NCBI RefSeq assembly: GCF_004010195.1
Contig: NC_057718.1
Location: forward strand, 97,343,644-97,407,609
Source: Chiloscyllium plagiosum
Taxonomy: Eukaryota
Direction: 5' to 3'
DNA length: 63,966 nt
In this document: piece by piece, positions 1 through 13,008 of the stretch
How the letters are laid out: each line of letters opens with the position of its first letter
Position numbering within the stretch: the stretch's first letter is position 1
Notes under the pieces: model-generated
Told to the model about the DNA's origin: nothing
Database searches by the model: none
The model's input: the letters and a program-made list of their open reading frames with translations, nothing else
Program-made: the position numbers and the translations under genes

Positions 1-207
1 GGGTCTGTCGAAACAGATCCTGCAGAACCCCTCACGGAGATACTTATATCATCGACAGCCATGGGTGAAATGCTGGGAGACTGGCTAATGTTGTGCCAGT
101 ATTTTAAAAAAGCTGCAAGGAAAAGCCAAGGAACTACAGACCACTGAGTCAAATGTCAATGGTGAGTAAGTTCTTGGAGGAGATTCTGAGTGACTAGATC
201 CACACAG

Positions 208-418
208 ACTTGACTGGATGGCTGATTTACAAAGTAGTGTGAAGCCAACTGTGTGGATTCAATTCCCATCACTGGCGGACATTACCATGAATGCTTCTCC
301 TTCTCAACCTCTCCCCTCGCCTGAGGTATAGTGGCGCTCAGATTAAATCATCATCAGCCATTCACCTCTCTCTAACGAGAGAGCAGCCTTGTGATCTGGA
401 AAGACTATGGCGACTTGA
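208..418 (+). mobile_element. tRNA-derived SINE (unnamed shark family) inserted in CR1
   Basis: B-box-like 'ggattcaattcc', body 'cctcgcctgagg...tctctctaacgagaga', end 'gactatggcgact'. Homologous copy at 28350-28545. Confidence 0.65.
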
Positions 419-641
419 ATTGAAACTTGGAAAGGTAAGGACTGATTAGAGATAGTCAGCGTGGCTTTGTCCATGGGAAAACATATCTCAAACATTTGAT
501 TACGTTTTTTGAAGAGGTGACCCAGAAGATATATAAGGGCAGTGTAGTAAATGTTATCTACATGGATAACAATGCCTTCAAACAATAACGTATGGTAGAA
601 TGGTGAGGAAGGTTAGATCACATGGAGAGCTTGGTAGTAGG

Positions 642-945
642 AGATTAGATTAGATTACTTACAGTGTGGAAACAGGCCCTTCGGCTCAACAAGTCCACAC
701 CGACCCACCGAAGTGCAACCAACCCAGACCCATTCCCCTAACACTACGAGCAATTTAGCATGGCCAATTCACCTAATCTGCACATTTTTGGACTGTGGGA
801 GGAAACCGGAGCACCCGGAGGAAACCCACGCAGACACGGGGAGAATGTGCAAATTCCACACAGTCAGTCTCCTGAGGCGGGAATTGAACCCGGGTCTCTG
901 GCGCTGTGAGGCAACAGTGCTAACCACTGTGCCACCGTGCCGCCC
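642..945 (-). mobile_element. HE1 SINE (V-SINE), full length, young
   Basis: On the minus strand: tRNA-like head 'gggcggcacggtggcacagtggttagcac...gggttcaattccc', V-domain 'gtggaatttgcacattctccccgtgtctgcgtgggtttcc', LINE-like tail and (TAATC)n end. Confidence 0.95.
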
Positions 946-1479
946 ATAGAAGGTGGTGTTAGAGTGTTGTTTTTCAGACTGAAGGCCTGTGAGGAGCAGT
1001 GTGCCACAAGTGTCAGTGCTGGGTCCACTGTTGTTCGTCATGTATAATAACGATTTGGATGAGAATATAGGATTCACAGTACGTAAGTTTGTGGATGACA
1101 CCAAAATTTGTGATGTAGAGGACGGTGAAGAAGGTTATCTGAGAGTACAATGGGATGTAAATCACCTGGGCCAATGGGCTGAGGAATGGCAAATGGAGTT
1201 TAATTCAGATAAATGTGAAGTGTTGCATTATAGTAAGACAAACCAGGGCAGGACCTACACATTTAATTGGAGGTCTCTGACTCTGTGATATGTAAATTTT
1301 TATACACTGCCCTGACCGATTAAAGCAAACATGTCATATACCTTCTTGACCACCTTATCCACTGGTGTTGGCACTTTCAGAGAACTGTGGACCTGATTGG
1401 CTCACTTCCATTCAAGGAGGTGCTTTGATTGACTGACAATCAATGGAGATGGACAAGTGTTTAAGTATAATTTTAATGT

Positions 1480-1850
1480 TAAACTGCCTAAGAATACGCC
1501 GTACAAAGACATCTATTGCATAACCTCAAGTCACCCAAAAGTGAATGTGTTACCTCTGAAATGTGGTTACTACTGAATAGCACAGTAGTCAGCACAGCAA
1601 GATCCCACAAAACATTATGTTATAACACTGTATAATCCAGACCCACGTGTTCCATATTGGCTACACCAAGGTGCTGTGGAGATGTTTCCTAGTCCTCTTT
1701 GGTTCATATTTCTCAGCAAAGGATAGCACTTAAAACCTCCATTTTAAAATCTCATAAGAAAAATTACACCTCCAACAGTGCAGCACTCCCTGAGCGCTGC
1801 GTGGCTCTGGACTGTACTCAGTTTTCTGGGCCTTGAATCCCCAACCTGAG
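1480..1850 (-). mobile_element. DeuSINE/SacSINE1-like relic
   Basis: Reverse complement of 'gagggagtgctgcactgt' and 'tgtgggatcttgctgtg' Deu-domain-like motifs. Confidence 0.55.
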
Positions 1851-2964
1851 AAACATCAAAAGATTGGAAAGGTATGACACGGGTGGAGGCCGTTCAACCC
1901 ACCGGGTATATTACAGCCAAAGAAAGATGTTCCATGCCGAACCCTGTTCTTCAGGTTTTGACCTTTAGCCCTGTGGGCTTTGAATGCCTTTCCCAGTATT
2001 TCTTAAACACAAAGAGGGCCTCTCACCTTTCCCACTCCGAGCTGAAAATGCTAAGTCACAGTGAGATCATTTTCAATCTTTTCCCACAACGTACTCGTTA
2101 AAAAGCCACTGAGATGAGTGTCAGAACCTTTACCATCCAGCACACTGTGGTGACACTGATAGGCCGAATGGCCTCCTCAACCATAAATTTCTCTGTTTGG
2201 TCAGCCCGTCCCCACCATATCCTGCTGCCTGGCAGAGAAATTCAGCAGTCGCATGAATTGTAGTTTTTCTTTTAAAAAATGAATTATGGACTACTTAGCA
2301 CAAACCACAAAAGTTCTGGCAGTGAGTTGAAAGGAGTTATTCAGTCTCAAGGGCTCTGTAGCCTCACTCCTGTAGTCCATGACATCACCAGAACTGCTCA
2401 ATTGGATTAGTGCCTTGTTACTCACCACCAGCCATCTATTATCCCATAGCTATTTTGGTAAAATTACTGTTCCTGGATCTAGAGTACAATTGACAATGTA
2501 GCTCAATTTAATGCAAATTACTTCTGTCTGGTAGCAGGTAATTGGACTTTAAGTGATTGAATGTGCAGAAGGAAGCTATCAGTCCCAATATGCTTCATGG
2601 CAGAGATTTGTTCCCTTTCAGTCTCTATACATTGGGATAAGCTTATTTGCTTTAATAAACTACACCAACTCCTTTCTGATGTTTCACAACAAGAGCTGGT
2701 GGAAATGATGGCTTGACTGTTTGACTACATCCATAGACGTTTCCTACTGTTAAAACGTAGCTGTGCCGGAGGTGTGTCAAAACATGTGTGGGTTAAAAAG
2801 CAGGTTAAGCCCAGCAACTTGTTATTAATGCACTGACTTGGTTCCATTATTATCTCCTGACGCACCGTGAAGTGTCTCTTGAGCCTGCACAGTTGAGGAA
2901 TATTGAAATTTGGAAGAGTTGGCTTCCATAATATTTCTGCTGAGAGTCTGAGCCCCTTTCAGAG

Positions 2965-3775
2965 CATAACAGGTGGCAGATTTAAAATAGAAATGAGGAG
3001 AAAAAGTATTATGAATCTGTGGAATTCACTGGAATCATACAGTCATACAGCACAGAAACAGACCCTTCGATCCAACCTTAATCCCAAACTAAACCAGTTC
3101 CACCTGCCTGCACTTGGCCCATTTCCCTCCAAACATTTCTTATTCATGTGCATATCTAAGTGTCTCTTAAATGTTGTAACTATACTTGCATCCACCACTT
3201 CCTCTGGCAGTTCATTCCACACACGAGCCACTCTCTATGTAACAAAGTTGTCCCTTGTGCCTTTTTAAAAAATCTTTCTCCTCTCACCCTAAAAACGTGC
3301 TCCCTTGTATTAAAATCCCCCACCCCCCGCAGTGTGGTGGATGTTGGGGTATTGAGTAATTTTGAGGAAATTGATTAGATTCCCCACAGTGTGCAAACAG
3401 GCCCTTCGGCCCAACCAGTCCACACCGACCCTCCAAAGAGTAACCCACCCAGACCCATTTCCCTCTGACTAATGCACCTGGCACTATGGGCAATTTAGCA
3501 TGGACAATTCGCCTGACCTGCACATCTTTGGACAGTGGGAGGAAACCAGGGCACCTGAGGAAACCCACGCAGACATGGGGAGAATGTGCAAACTCTACAT
3601 AGACAGTCGCCCATGGGCAGACTTTATTTGTAACAAGTTGAAGGCTTATGGAGAGGTGACAGCAAAATGAAGTTGAGCCTGAGCTGAGATCAGATGTGAT
3701 TGTGTGAGATGGTGGAGCAGATTCGAGGAGCTGAATTTGCCTCCGCCTGCACCTCATTCTTGCATTCTTATGTTC
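2965..3775. mobile_element. Nested cluster: old CR1 3' end (+) interrupted by a HER1 3' end (3033-3325, -) and a 5'-truncated HE1 (3372-3611, -)
   Basis: ORF 3043-3231 reads RVWNELPEEVVDA...FKRHLD. The host CR1 'tttaaaatagaaatgaggag...aatctgtggaattcact' resumes at 'gcagtgtggtggatgttggg'. HE1 V-domain and tail present. Confidence 0.8.
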
Positions 3776-4129
3776 CAACACTTTTATCTTCTAATACTGA
3801 ATACATTCTGCAGATTTCTGAGGAGATGTTGAGGTGAAGTTAACAGTTTTTCGGATGGAGCTCGCTGCCCATTTCCAAATGTTGGTCATGAGTGACCTCA
3901 GGTTCTGAATCCAGATGATGGCAATGACAGGACTCGAGCTGCATTGGGAGGAAGATGCCAAATAATGTCATTCCACATGGAGATATCAGGGCTACGCTTA
4001 CTCCATTCCATCAAGTCGATAAAGTCGATTACTTTGGGAGGGTTGACTTAGATTGATGAATTTACCATTTTCATCTCTTGAGATTTATTTCAAAAACAAT
4101 GGAGCATAAAGATAGTAAGCTCATGCTAA

Positions 4130-4480
4130 AGGCACTGGGCAGATGTATAAAATTATTCGGGCCGTAGACAGGGTAAAGAGGCAGAAGCCTTTCTCTTGGT
4201 GTAGGGATCAGTGTCCAGGCGCCAGAGATTTAAGGAAAGTTTCAATCGGATATGAGGAAAATCATTCACTCAGAGGGTGGTGGGAACCTGGAATCCATTG
4301 TCTTGTCTGGGTGGTCAAGGCAGAAACGCTCATAACATTTTTAAAAAGTATTTAGCTGTGCATTGGTGATGCCAAGGCTGTGGACCAACTATTGGGTTGG
4401 AATGGTTAGGTGACTGTTTTTGATCAGTGTGATGGGCCATAGGGGCCTTCTCTGTGCTCTATGTAGAACTATATGACTCA
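4130..4480 (+). mobile_element. CR1 LINE 3' fragment (old)
   Basis: YKIIRAVDRV-like translation and a CR1-type 3' UTR. Confidence 0.7.
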
Positions 4481-4596
4481 TATAGTCCCTCCATACCTGG
4501 GATCAACCAATTGAACCTTCTCTGGACTGCCTCCAATGCCAGTATATCCTTCCTCAGCTAAGGGACCAAAACTATTGAGAGTATTCTTTCCTTTCT

Positions 4597-5187
4597 TGGT
4601 CATTGGGAGGTCATGTTGCAACTGTACAGGACATTGGTTAGGCCACTTTGGAACATTGCGTGCAATTCTGGTCTCCTTCTTATAGGAAAGATGTTGTGAA
4701 ACTTGAAAGAGTTTGGAAAAGATTGACAGGGATGTTGCCAGGGTTGGAGGATCTGAGCTATAGGGAGAGGCTGAACAGGCTGGGGCTGTTTTCCCTGGAC
4801 CATCGGAGGCTGAGGGGTGACCTTATAGAGATTTATAAAATTATGAGGGGCATGGATAGGGTAAATAGACAAGGTCTTTTCCCTAGGGTGGGGGATTAGA
4901 GCGCGTAGGTTTGGGGTGAGAGGGGAAAGATTTAAACGGGACCTATGGGGCAACTTTTTCACACAGAGGATGGGGTGCGTCTGGGATGAACTGCAAGAGG
5001 AAGTAGTGAAGGCTGGTACAATTATAACATTTAAAAGGCATCTGGATGGGTATATGAATAGGAAGGGTTTGGAGGGATTATGGGCCACATGCTGGCAAAT
5101 GGGTCTCGATTAATTTAGGATATCTGGTCGGCATGACAGGTTGGACCAAAGGGTCTGTTTCCGTGCTGTACATCTCTATAACTATGA
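4597..5187 (+). mobile_element. HER1/CR1 LINE 3' end
   Basis: ORFs EHCVQFWSPSYRKDVVKLERV...RRLRGDLIEIYKIMRG and GNFFTQR...FKRHLD. 3' UTR 'gggtctgtttccgtgctgtacatctctata'. Confidence 0.95.
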
Positions 5188-5241
5188 CGCTGTGTGCTCT
5201 GATTAACATCTCTATAACTATGACGCTGTGTGCTCTGATTA
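5170..5241 (+). repeat. Perfect 36-bp tandem duplication at a LINE 3' junction
   Basis: acatctctataactatgacgctgtgtgctctgatta at 5170-5205 and 5206-5241. Confidence 0.95.
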
Positions 5242-5505
5242 GTGCCTTTGTGTAGTTTTAGCAAGGCTGTCCAGTTTTATAATCCATCACTCCTTCCTTC
5301 TCATCGCCCCTCAGTTGTGCACCTCAGGTGAGGGGAATGTGTCCTACAGCTTCACGACTAGGCCCTTGGTGTCTGCACAAGAGGAAGCAGCTTTGGCTGG
5401 ATAACATGGCCAAAGGGTCTGATGCCCATGGTTATTCACAGGCATACATTGCATTGTTAGCAAAAGGCACTGAAATGAAGGGCTTTCAAATCTGGGTATC
5501 CTCCT

Positions 5506-5830
5506 GGCAGCATGGTGTCTCAGTGGCTAAGACTGCTGCCTCACAGCACCAGGGACCCAGGTTCAATCCCAGCCTCAGACGACTGTCTGTGTGGAGTTTG
5601 CACATTCTCCCCGTGTCTACATGGGTTTCCTCCCACAGTCCAAAGATTAGGTGGCTTGGCTGTGGTAAATTACCCTTAGCATCCAGCTGTGCGTGGGGTG
5701 GATCAGCCATGGGAAATGTACTGTTGCAAGGATCGTGTAGGGGGTGGGTCTGAGTGGGATGCTTTTCAGAGGGTCGGTGTGGACTTGGTGGGCCAAATGG
5801 CCTGTTTCCACACCATAAGGATTCTGTGAT
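5506..5830 (+). mobile_element. HE1 SINE
   Basis: Head, V-domain and 'ggcctgtttccacac' tail. Confidence 0.9.
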
Positions 5831-7047
5831 TCTAGTCTATGTTCCCTAAACAGTAGTTCTGTCAGATTTTGATTTTTTTTTTTGCCATGACATTGCCTTT
5901 AGTTGCAGTATAATTGTTTCCACACACATGTGGTCTGCTTCAGGATTTATTTTAATGAATGCTGATTTATCAGTGATTCTGTAACATGTCCTTTAGTCAG
6001 TGCTACAGAACCAAACCAAACAGTGGAGCAGTGTGATGCCATATCGTACTTCAATAAATAATTTCTTATTGCGGGCAAAAATGCACACAGTAGACAGTCA
6101 TTCATGTCTCACCGGATCAGATTATCTTCAGGAAGCAGTACCGACATAGTTCGCAACAAAAATTTACCAACTGAAGGAATGATACTAATCACTTTGAGAG
6201 AGAGAGAAGAGAAATAGGGCAGACACAGTAAGTACCGAACAAAATGTTTGAACAGGCAGAGACAATGAACACAAAATACGAAGGAAGTCTGAAACAAAAG
6301 CAGAAAATGTTGCAGAAACTCAGCAGGTCTGGCAGCATCTGTGGATAAACAGTGTTAATGATTCAAGACTGTTCTTTGGATCCCAAGAATATGGGACATT
6401 CTTTTTAGTTATCCTTCGAGTGGGACAGTTGAAGCCTTTTGTAGAATATACAGGATGGAAACAGGCCATTCGGTCCAACGGTGGTATCTGTGCTCTGTTC
6501 ACTTTACTTCATCGCACCCCATTTGCATTTTCCTCTCTCCCTTTCTTGCTCAAATACTTATCAATTCTGACTCTAAGGGCCCCTGTGACATTCCCCACAA
6601 CTATTTCACACACAAGCAAGTTCCACATTCTAACTTCTCAGGTTCACAGAATTATTATGGTGCAGATGGAGGCCATTTGGCCCATCCTGCCTATGCCAGT
6701 CCTAGTTTCCAGTGCAGCTCTATCATCTGGTGCCACTCTCTTGCCTTCCCCCCCCACTTATCCTTCTCTGCCACCACTGTGCAAAACAAAAGCATCTGAT
6801 GCCCTCTTCAATGGCCTCAGTGGAACCTGCTCCCACCACATTTCCAGGCCGTGCATTCCATATCCCAACAACTCTCCATACAAAAACAATAGTTCTCACA
6901 TTGCCCTTGCTTTAGTTAGACATCATTTTTCAACCTGTGCCACCTTGACTTTGTTTCTTTGACAGTCAGAAAGTGTTGAGAACAGGCAATGGAGGTCTCC
7001 TGGAAAGCAAGATAAGTGGAGAATTTGTAAAAGACTCCTGAATGGAT

Positions 7048-7360
7048 CGGCACGGTGGCTCAGTGGTTAGCACTGCTGCCTCACAGAGCCAGGGACCCGG
7101 GTTCGATTCCAGCCTTGGGGCAACTGTCTCTGTGGAGTTTGTACATTGTGTCCCTGGGTTTCCGTTTCCTCCCACAGTCCAAAGATGTAGAGGTTAGGTG
7201 AATTGGCTATGCTAAATTGCCCATACTGTCCAGGGTTTGTAGGTTAGGTGCATTAGTCAGGGGTAAATATCGGGGAATGGGTCTGGGTGGATTTCTCTTC
7301 AGAGGATCGGTGTGGACTTGTTGGGCCGAATGGCCTGTTTCCACACTGTAGGGATTCTTT
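7048..7360 (+). mobile_element. HE1 SINE
   Basis: 'ggcacggtggctcagtggttagcactgctgcc...ggcctgtttccacactgtagggattc'. Confidence 0.95.
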
Positions 7361-7399
7361 GAACTTATATCTTAATTCCTGTATTTTTCTAGTTTAAAT

Positions 7400-7617
7400 T
7401 AAGGAAGACTTTAACTTTAACTGCTACATTATTTCTTTATTTTTCTACTTATTCTATGAAGGTAATACCCAACCTTTTAACTCTGTTTCTCTTACTACTC
7501 TGAACCGAAGTTTTTTGTTCCCAGCTACCTAAGATAACACTGTGTATGGCGTCATTATACACTTTTCACTGGACTTCACATGTACTTTAGTACATGTGAC
7601 AATAAAATCTAAATCTG
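7400..7617 (+). mobile_element. Rex-Babar-type LINE 3' UTR fragment
   Basis: End 'cttttcactg...gtacatgtgacaataaaatctaaatct' matches the 3' end of the Rex copy at ~44420-44469. Confidence 0.5.
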
Positions 7618-8014
7618 AAATTTCTCCCAATCTATTCTGTTAAACCTGCTGATGATTTTGAAAATTTCAATTCTCTTCCATCTCGTCTCTCAGGAAAACA
7701 GCCCTGACTTCTTCAATCTATTCTCATCACTGAAGTTCCTCATCCCTTGAGCCATTTTTGTGAATCCCTTTGGCGATAACTGTGTTGAGAGCACTGCACT
7801 CTACTGCATGTCCTGCATTAAGCATTTAATACATGAGGGACAAAAATACGATTCCCACAGGACGTTAACTGTGAAGGCAAGTGTTACAAGACTGTAAAAG
7901 GGACAGGAATTAAATGTGTTTAATAGAGTAAAATGTGACCTATTACACAAAGTCTTCCTCATATCTTTTCATCCACTGCAAGGTCGTGTTGGTGTGTGTG
8001 TGTGTCTGCGTGTA

Positions 8015-8660
8015 ATAGAGTCACAGGGATATACAACACGGAAACAGACCTTTCAGTCCAACCCGTCCATGTCAACCAGATATCCTAAATTAATCTAGTC
8101 CCATTTGCCAGCACTTGGCCCATATCCCTCCAAACCCTTCCTGTTCATATACCTATCCAGATGCCTTTTAAATGCTGAAATTGTACCAGCCTGAACCCTT
8201 TCAAGTTTCACAACATCCTTATGATAGAAAAGAGACCAGAATTGCACGCAATATTCCAACAGAGGCCTAACCAATGTCCTGTACAGCCATGACCTCCCAA
8301 CTCCTGTACTCAATACTCTGACCAATAAAAGAAAGCATACCAAATGCCTTCTTCACTATCCTATCTACCTGCGACTCCACTTTCAAGGAGCTATGAGCCT
8401 GCATTCCAAGGTCTCTTTGTTCAGCAACACTCCCTAGGACCTTACCATTAATTGTATAAGTCCTGCACTGATTTGCCTTCCCAAAATGCAGCACCTCGCA
8501 TTTATCTGAATTAAATTCCACCTGCCACTCCTCAGCCCATTGGCCCATCTGATCAAGATCCTGTTGTACTCTCAGGTAACCTTTGCTGTCCACTACACTC
8601 CAATTTTGGTGTCATCTGCAAACTGACTAACTATACCTCTTATGCTCGCATCCAAATCAT
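8015..8660 (-). mobile_element. HER1/CR1 LINE, 5'-truncated, with internal deletion
   Basis: ORFs WAEEWQVEFNSDKCEVLHFG and LYRTLVRPLLEYCVQFWS. Deletion join at ~8192. Confidence 0.95.
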
Positions 8661-9474
8661 ATAGGGTTGACTAAATGGAGGGAAAAGATGAAGAAAAATC
8701 GCGAAGGAGCTTGGAATTTTTCTTCGAAAATGCTTCCCGAACATGCCATGTTCACTTATGCGCATGCACCTGGCAAAACCTCCTATTGTGCACTCAGATG
8801 TAAAGCATTGTCCAGTAACATAGAGTATTGCGTTCTGCTGACAAGCATGGGGCTGAAGAGAACAAAATTAAGAGAAGTGCCCTTAATGTGTGATTTCAAG
8901 CAATTAAGTAATTTGGCAAATGTAAATTGCAAGGCTGTGTGAGGGTTCCATTCGTCCTCTTAATGTTGTTTGCTTGTACAAACCAACCAATAGAGCAAAT
9001 CTAACACTGATGTACTGAATACTTGAGCATTTAAGGATATGAATGAGACCATTAAGTGAAGTATCATTGAATTATTTACAGAATCTGTGAACACTACAAC
9101 AGTAGATTGAGCTTTGCTTCCTCAACTGAAAAATTTCCACCTCCACCTCCCTCCAAACCATTAGTTCCAAGAATAATTAAAACAAATGTTAAGAATAGTT
9201 GTCTCCTGTTTCTGTTATCATCCAAATCCATGCAAATGGGAAGAAATGCCAAACGTCATTTGAAACTATTTGGAGTACCATGCATTTTTAAAGTGACATA
9301 GTGATTGTTAACGATGTTGAAAACACAGAAGCACCCTTCTTCAAACAACGAAGCCAAAAGGTCACTTAATATTGCAACCCTTTTAGTTAGTATTAGCTGG
9401 AACTAAAATGTGATTTGCTGAAGGTTGCATGGATCTGCATTATATTGAGATCAGGTTGAAGCTATACTGCCTTA

Positions 9475-9763
9475 TTAGATTAGATTACTTACAGTGTGGA
9501 AACAGGCCCTTCGGCCCAACAAGTCCACACCGCCCCGCCGAAGCGCAACCCACCCAAACCCCTACATTTACCCCTTACCTAACACTACGGGCAATTTAGC
9601 ATGGCCAATTCACCTGGCCTGCACATCTTTGGACTGTGGGAGGAAACCGGAGCACCCGGAGAACGTGCAAACTCCACACAGTCAGTCGCCTGAGGCGGGA
9701 ATTGAACCCGGGTCTCTGACGCTGCGAGGCAGCAGTGCTAACCACTGTGCCACCGTGCCGCCC
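9475..9763 (-). mobile_element. HE1 SINE, young
   Basis: Full head to (TAATC)n tail; CpGs retained. Confidence 0.95.
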
Positions 9764-10179
9764 ACAAATGGCAGCGGTGGGATGTTTGATTCCCTAAGAT
9801 TAGCAGGTGCAAATCACTCCGTAATGATCAAATGTATTTGTGTAGCTGTTTGATATGTGTTTCAAAGTGGATTTGGAGAAGTTTCTCATGGCAAGGGAAA
9901 TGAAGTATTTTCTATCACCTTTTATTCACAATTTCATGGTACAGTCTTGGTCCCTTTCCAACCCGGGACACAGTCAAAGGAGTAGACATTATCCTCAGGC
10001 CTCAGTGTGATAAAATGGTTGTGCATTACCTTACAGTTTGCAGCCAGACAGAGTCATTGCTACCGCACACAAATATTGCAGATACTGGTAATGTGCAATG
10101 CCCAACACTGTTTGACCATGTTATTCAAAGCCTGTGCTGCAGGTCAGATTCCTACTCTCACAGGAAATAACAATCAGAT

Positions 10180-10540
10180 GTCACACAACACGAGGTTGTA
10201 GTCCAACAGGTTTATTTGAAATCACAAAGCTGGCGAAGGAGCAGCTGTGTGGCTTCTGACGTTGTCCACCCCAGTCCAATGCCGGCACCTTCACATCAGG
10301 AAATAATGGCAAACGTGAGGACTGCAGATGCTGGAAATCAGAGTCTAGATGATCTATCACCTTCATCCCCACCTCCTATTGTACTCTTGGCTACCTTCTC
10401 CCCATCCCCACCCCCTTCCCATTTATCTCTCCACCCTGGAGGCTCCCTGCCTTCATTCCTGATGAACGGCTTTTGCCCAAAACGTCGATTTTCCTGCTCC
10501 TCGGCCTGCTGTTCTTTTCCAGCACCACTCTAATCTAGGC
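10180..10540. mobile_element. Two adjacent Penelope-like terminal-repeat relics
   Basis: 10180-10295 matches the 19557 family ('cacaacacgaggttgtagtccaacaggtttatt'). 10310-10540 matches the 'actgcagatgctgg...cctgatgaa.ggcttttgccc.aaacgtcg' family. Confidence 0.7.
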
Positions 10541-10998
10541 TCAGAAAATAACAGGACAGCCACTGAGAGCAGGACCTACCCAGAGAACTGGGAAGTACAG
10601 AGAGCATCATTCTGTTTCAAGTTTTCCGGGGATGTGGGCAGCACTGGCCAAGCCAACCTGTCCTACATGGCCGTGAAGGTGGTGGAAATGAGCTGTCCCC
10701 ACCAGTTTCTGGGGTATAGGGGTATAGGTGGTGCTGCTTGGAAGAGAATTTGAGGATTTTGACCCAGCGGCCATTTAACTCCAAGTTCTGTGGATTGGAG
10801 GGGAACCTGTAGCTGGTGGTGTTCCCATGCTTCTGCTGCCCTTATCTTTCTTGTTGGTCAATGGGCAGTTTTGGAAGTAGCTGGTGATTTTTTTCTCCCC
10901 CCAAGGTGATAGCAGAACAGGTGGGCTGAGCCAAAGGTTCGTGACTCCCATTGGCTTTCTTTCTCTTTTTTGCAATTTTTTTCAGCCCTTTTTCTTTC

Positions 10999-11309
10999 AG
11001 AATCATAGAATCTCTGCAGTGTGTGAGCATCAACCATCTGGAGAGTATCCCACCTAGACCCAGCCCCCTGCCCGATCCCTGTAATCCTGCATTTCCCATG
11101 GCTGACCCACTGAGCCTACACATCCCTGGACACTATGGGCAGCTTAGCATGGTCAATCCCACTTAACCTTCACATCTTTGGACTGTGGGAGGAAACCGGA
11201 GCTCCCAGAGGAAACCCACGCAGACACAGGGAGAATATGTCAACTCCTCACAGTTGCCTGAGGGTGGAACCGATGCTGGGTCCCTGGCGCAGTGAGGCAG
11301 CAGTACTAA
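10999..11309 (-). mobile_element. HE1 SINE
   Basis: V-domain and tail on the minus strand. Confidence 0.9.
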
Positions 11310-11629
11310 TCAAATGGGAACTCTCTAGATGGATTGGCAAGGTGCCTCTGATAGTGCACCACATTATTATTAAACTGTGTCCCAGTCACTGATGAACACC
11401 TCTCTTCCGTTGGTCAACCTGTATTCACCAATCACTCTGCACCCGGAAATAGAACTGAACCCATTTCGAAGCCTGTTTGTCCAGCGTGCACCCACTCGGG
11501 TTTTGAATGTGTATTCCTATTCACCCCACGGTTTCATGCTAATGTTGAGTTCTGACGCATTGCCACACAGGGACCAACATGAGCATGCACCAAACATGGC
11601 TGGACATCCTATCAAGGGAGACTCGCATC

Positions 11630-11960
11630 AGCCAAGAGGTTTTGGGGAAGATTTGTAGCTCAGGTTGTGGATCAGGTTGCTCGCTGAGCTGTTGGGTTTG
11701 TTCGCAGATGTTTCATCATCATGCTAGGTAACATCATCAGTGAGCCTCCAGTGAAGCATTGGTGTTCTGTCCTGCTTGATATTAAGGTGTCTCGGTTTGT
11801 TGTGGTGGGTGATATCATTTCCGGTTCTGTTTCTGGTAAATGGGATCCAGATCGATATGTTTGTTGTTGGAGTTCCCAGTTTGAATGCCAGGCCTCTAGG
11901 AATTCCCACGAGTGTCTTTATTTGGCCTTTCCCAGGTTGGGTGCATTGTCCCAGTCAAAC
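11630..11960 (-). mobile_element. Penelope-like element 3' end (GIY-YIG endonuclease C-terminus plus pLTR)
   Basis: Minus strand translates FDWDNAPNLGKAK*RHSWEFLEAWHSN..NKHIDLDPIY, followed by a hammerhead-like CTGATGA...GAAACATC. Confidence 0.85.
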
Positions 11961-12047
11961 CTGTCAAACCTGAGACTACACAAAGTCTTCCTCATATCTT
12001 CCTATCCACGACAAGGACGTGTAGGTGTGTGTGTGTGTCTGTGTGTA

Positions 12048-13008
12048 ATAGAGTCACAGAGATGTACAACACGGAAACAGACCCTTCAGTACAACTCATC
12101 CATGTCGACCAGATATCCTAAATCAATCTAGTCCCATTTGCCGGCACTTGGCCCATATCCCTCGAAACTCTTCCTATTCATATACCCTTCCAAATGCCTT
12201 TTAAATGCTAATTAAACCAGCCTCCACCACTTCCTTTGGCAGCTCATTCCATACACGTACCACCCTCTTGTGTGAAAAAGTTGCCCCTTAGGTTTCTTTT
12301 ATATCTTTCCCCTCTCACCCTAAACCTATGCCCTCTAGTTCTGGTCTCCCCAACCCCAGGGAAAAGACTTTGTCTATTTAATCTATCCATGCCCCTCATA
12401 ATTTTATAAACCTCCATAAAGTCACCCCTCAGCCTCCGGCACCAGGGAAAACAGCCCAGCATGTTCAACCTCTCCCTATAGCTCAAATCCTCCAATCCTA
12501 GCAACATTCTTGTAAATCTTTTCTGAAACCTTTCAAGTTTCACAACATCCTTCTGATGGGAAGGAGACCAGAATTGTACGCAATATTCCAACAGTGGCTT
12601 AACCGATGTCCTGTACAGCCACAAATGACCTCTCAACTCCTGTACTCAATACTCTGATCAATAAAGGAAAGTATACCAAACGCCTTCTTCACTATCCTAT
12701 CTACCTGTAACTAAAATTTCAAGGAGCTGTGAACCTGCAGTCCAAGGTCTCTTTGTTCAGTAACACTCCCTAGGACCTTACCATTAAGTGTATAAGTCCT
12801 GCTCTGATTTGTTTTCCCAAAATGCAGCACCTCGCATTTATCTAAATTAAACTCCTTCTGCCACTCCTGTGCCCATTGGCCCATCTGATCCAGATCCTGT
12901 TGTACTCTGAGGTAACCTTCTTCGCTGTTCACTACACCTCCAATTTTGGTGTCATCTGCAAACTTACTAACTATACCTCCTATATTCACTTCCAAATCAT
13001 TTATATAA
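12048..13008 (-). mobile_element. HER1/CR1 LINE, 5'-truncated (~960 bp)
   Basis: YINDLEVNIGGIVSKFADDTKIGG... and LEYCVQFWSP...RRLRGD. 3' UTR present. Confidence 0.95.

Larger units (their letters stand above)
1..1270 (+). mobile_element. CR1/HER1 LINE ORF2 (RT) relic, interrupted by two SINEs
   Basis: ORF 989-1288 reads VPQVSVLGPLLFVMYNNDLD...KFVDDTKI...WQMEFNSDKCEVLH (CR1 RT domains 4-6). Upstream DNA resembles the 'ANVVPVFKK...PGNYRP.S' and 'SQHGF' regions. Stops and deletions present. Confidence 0.9.
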
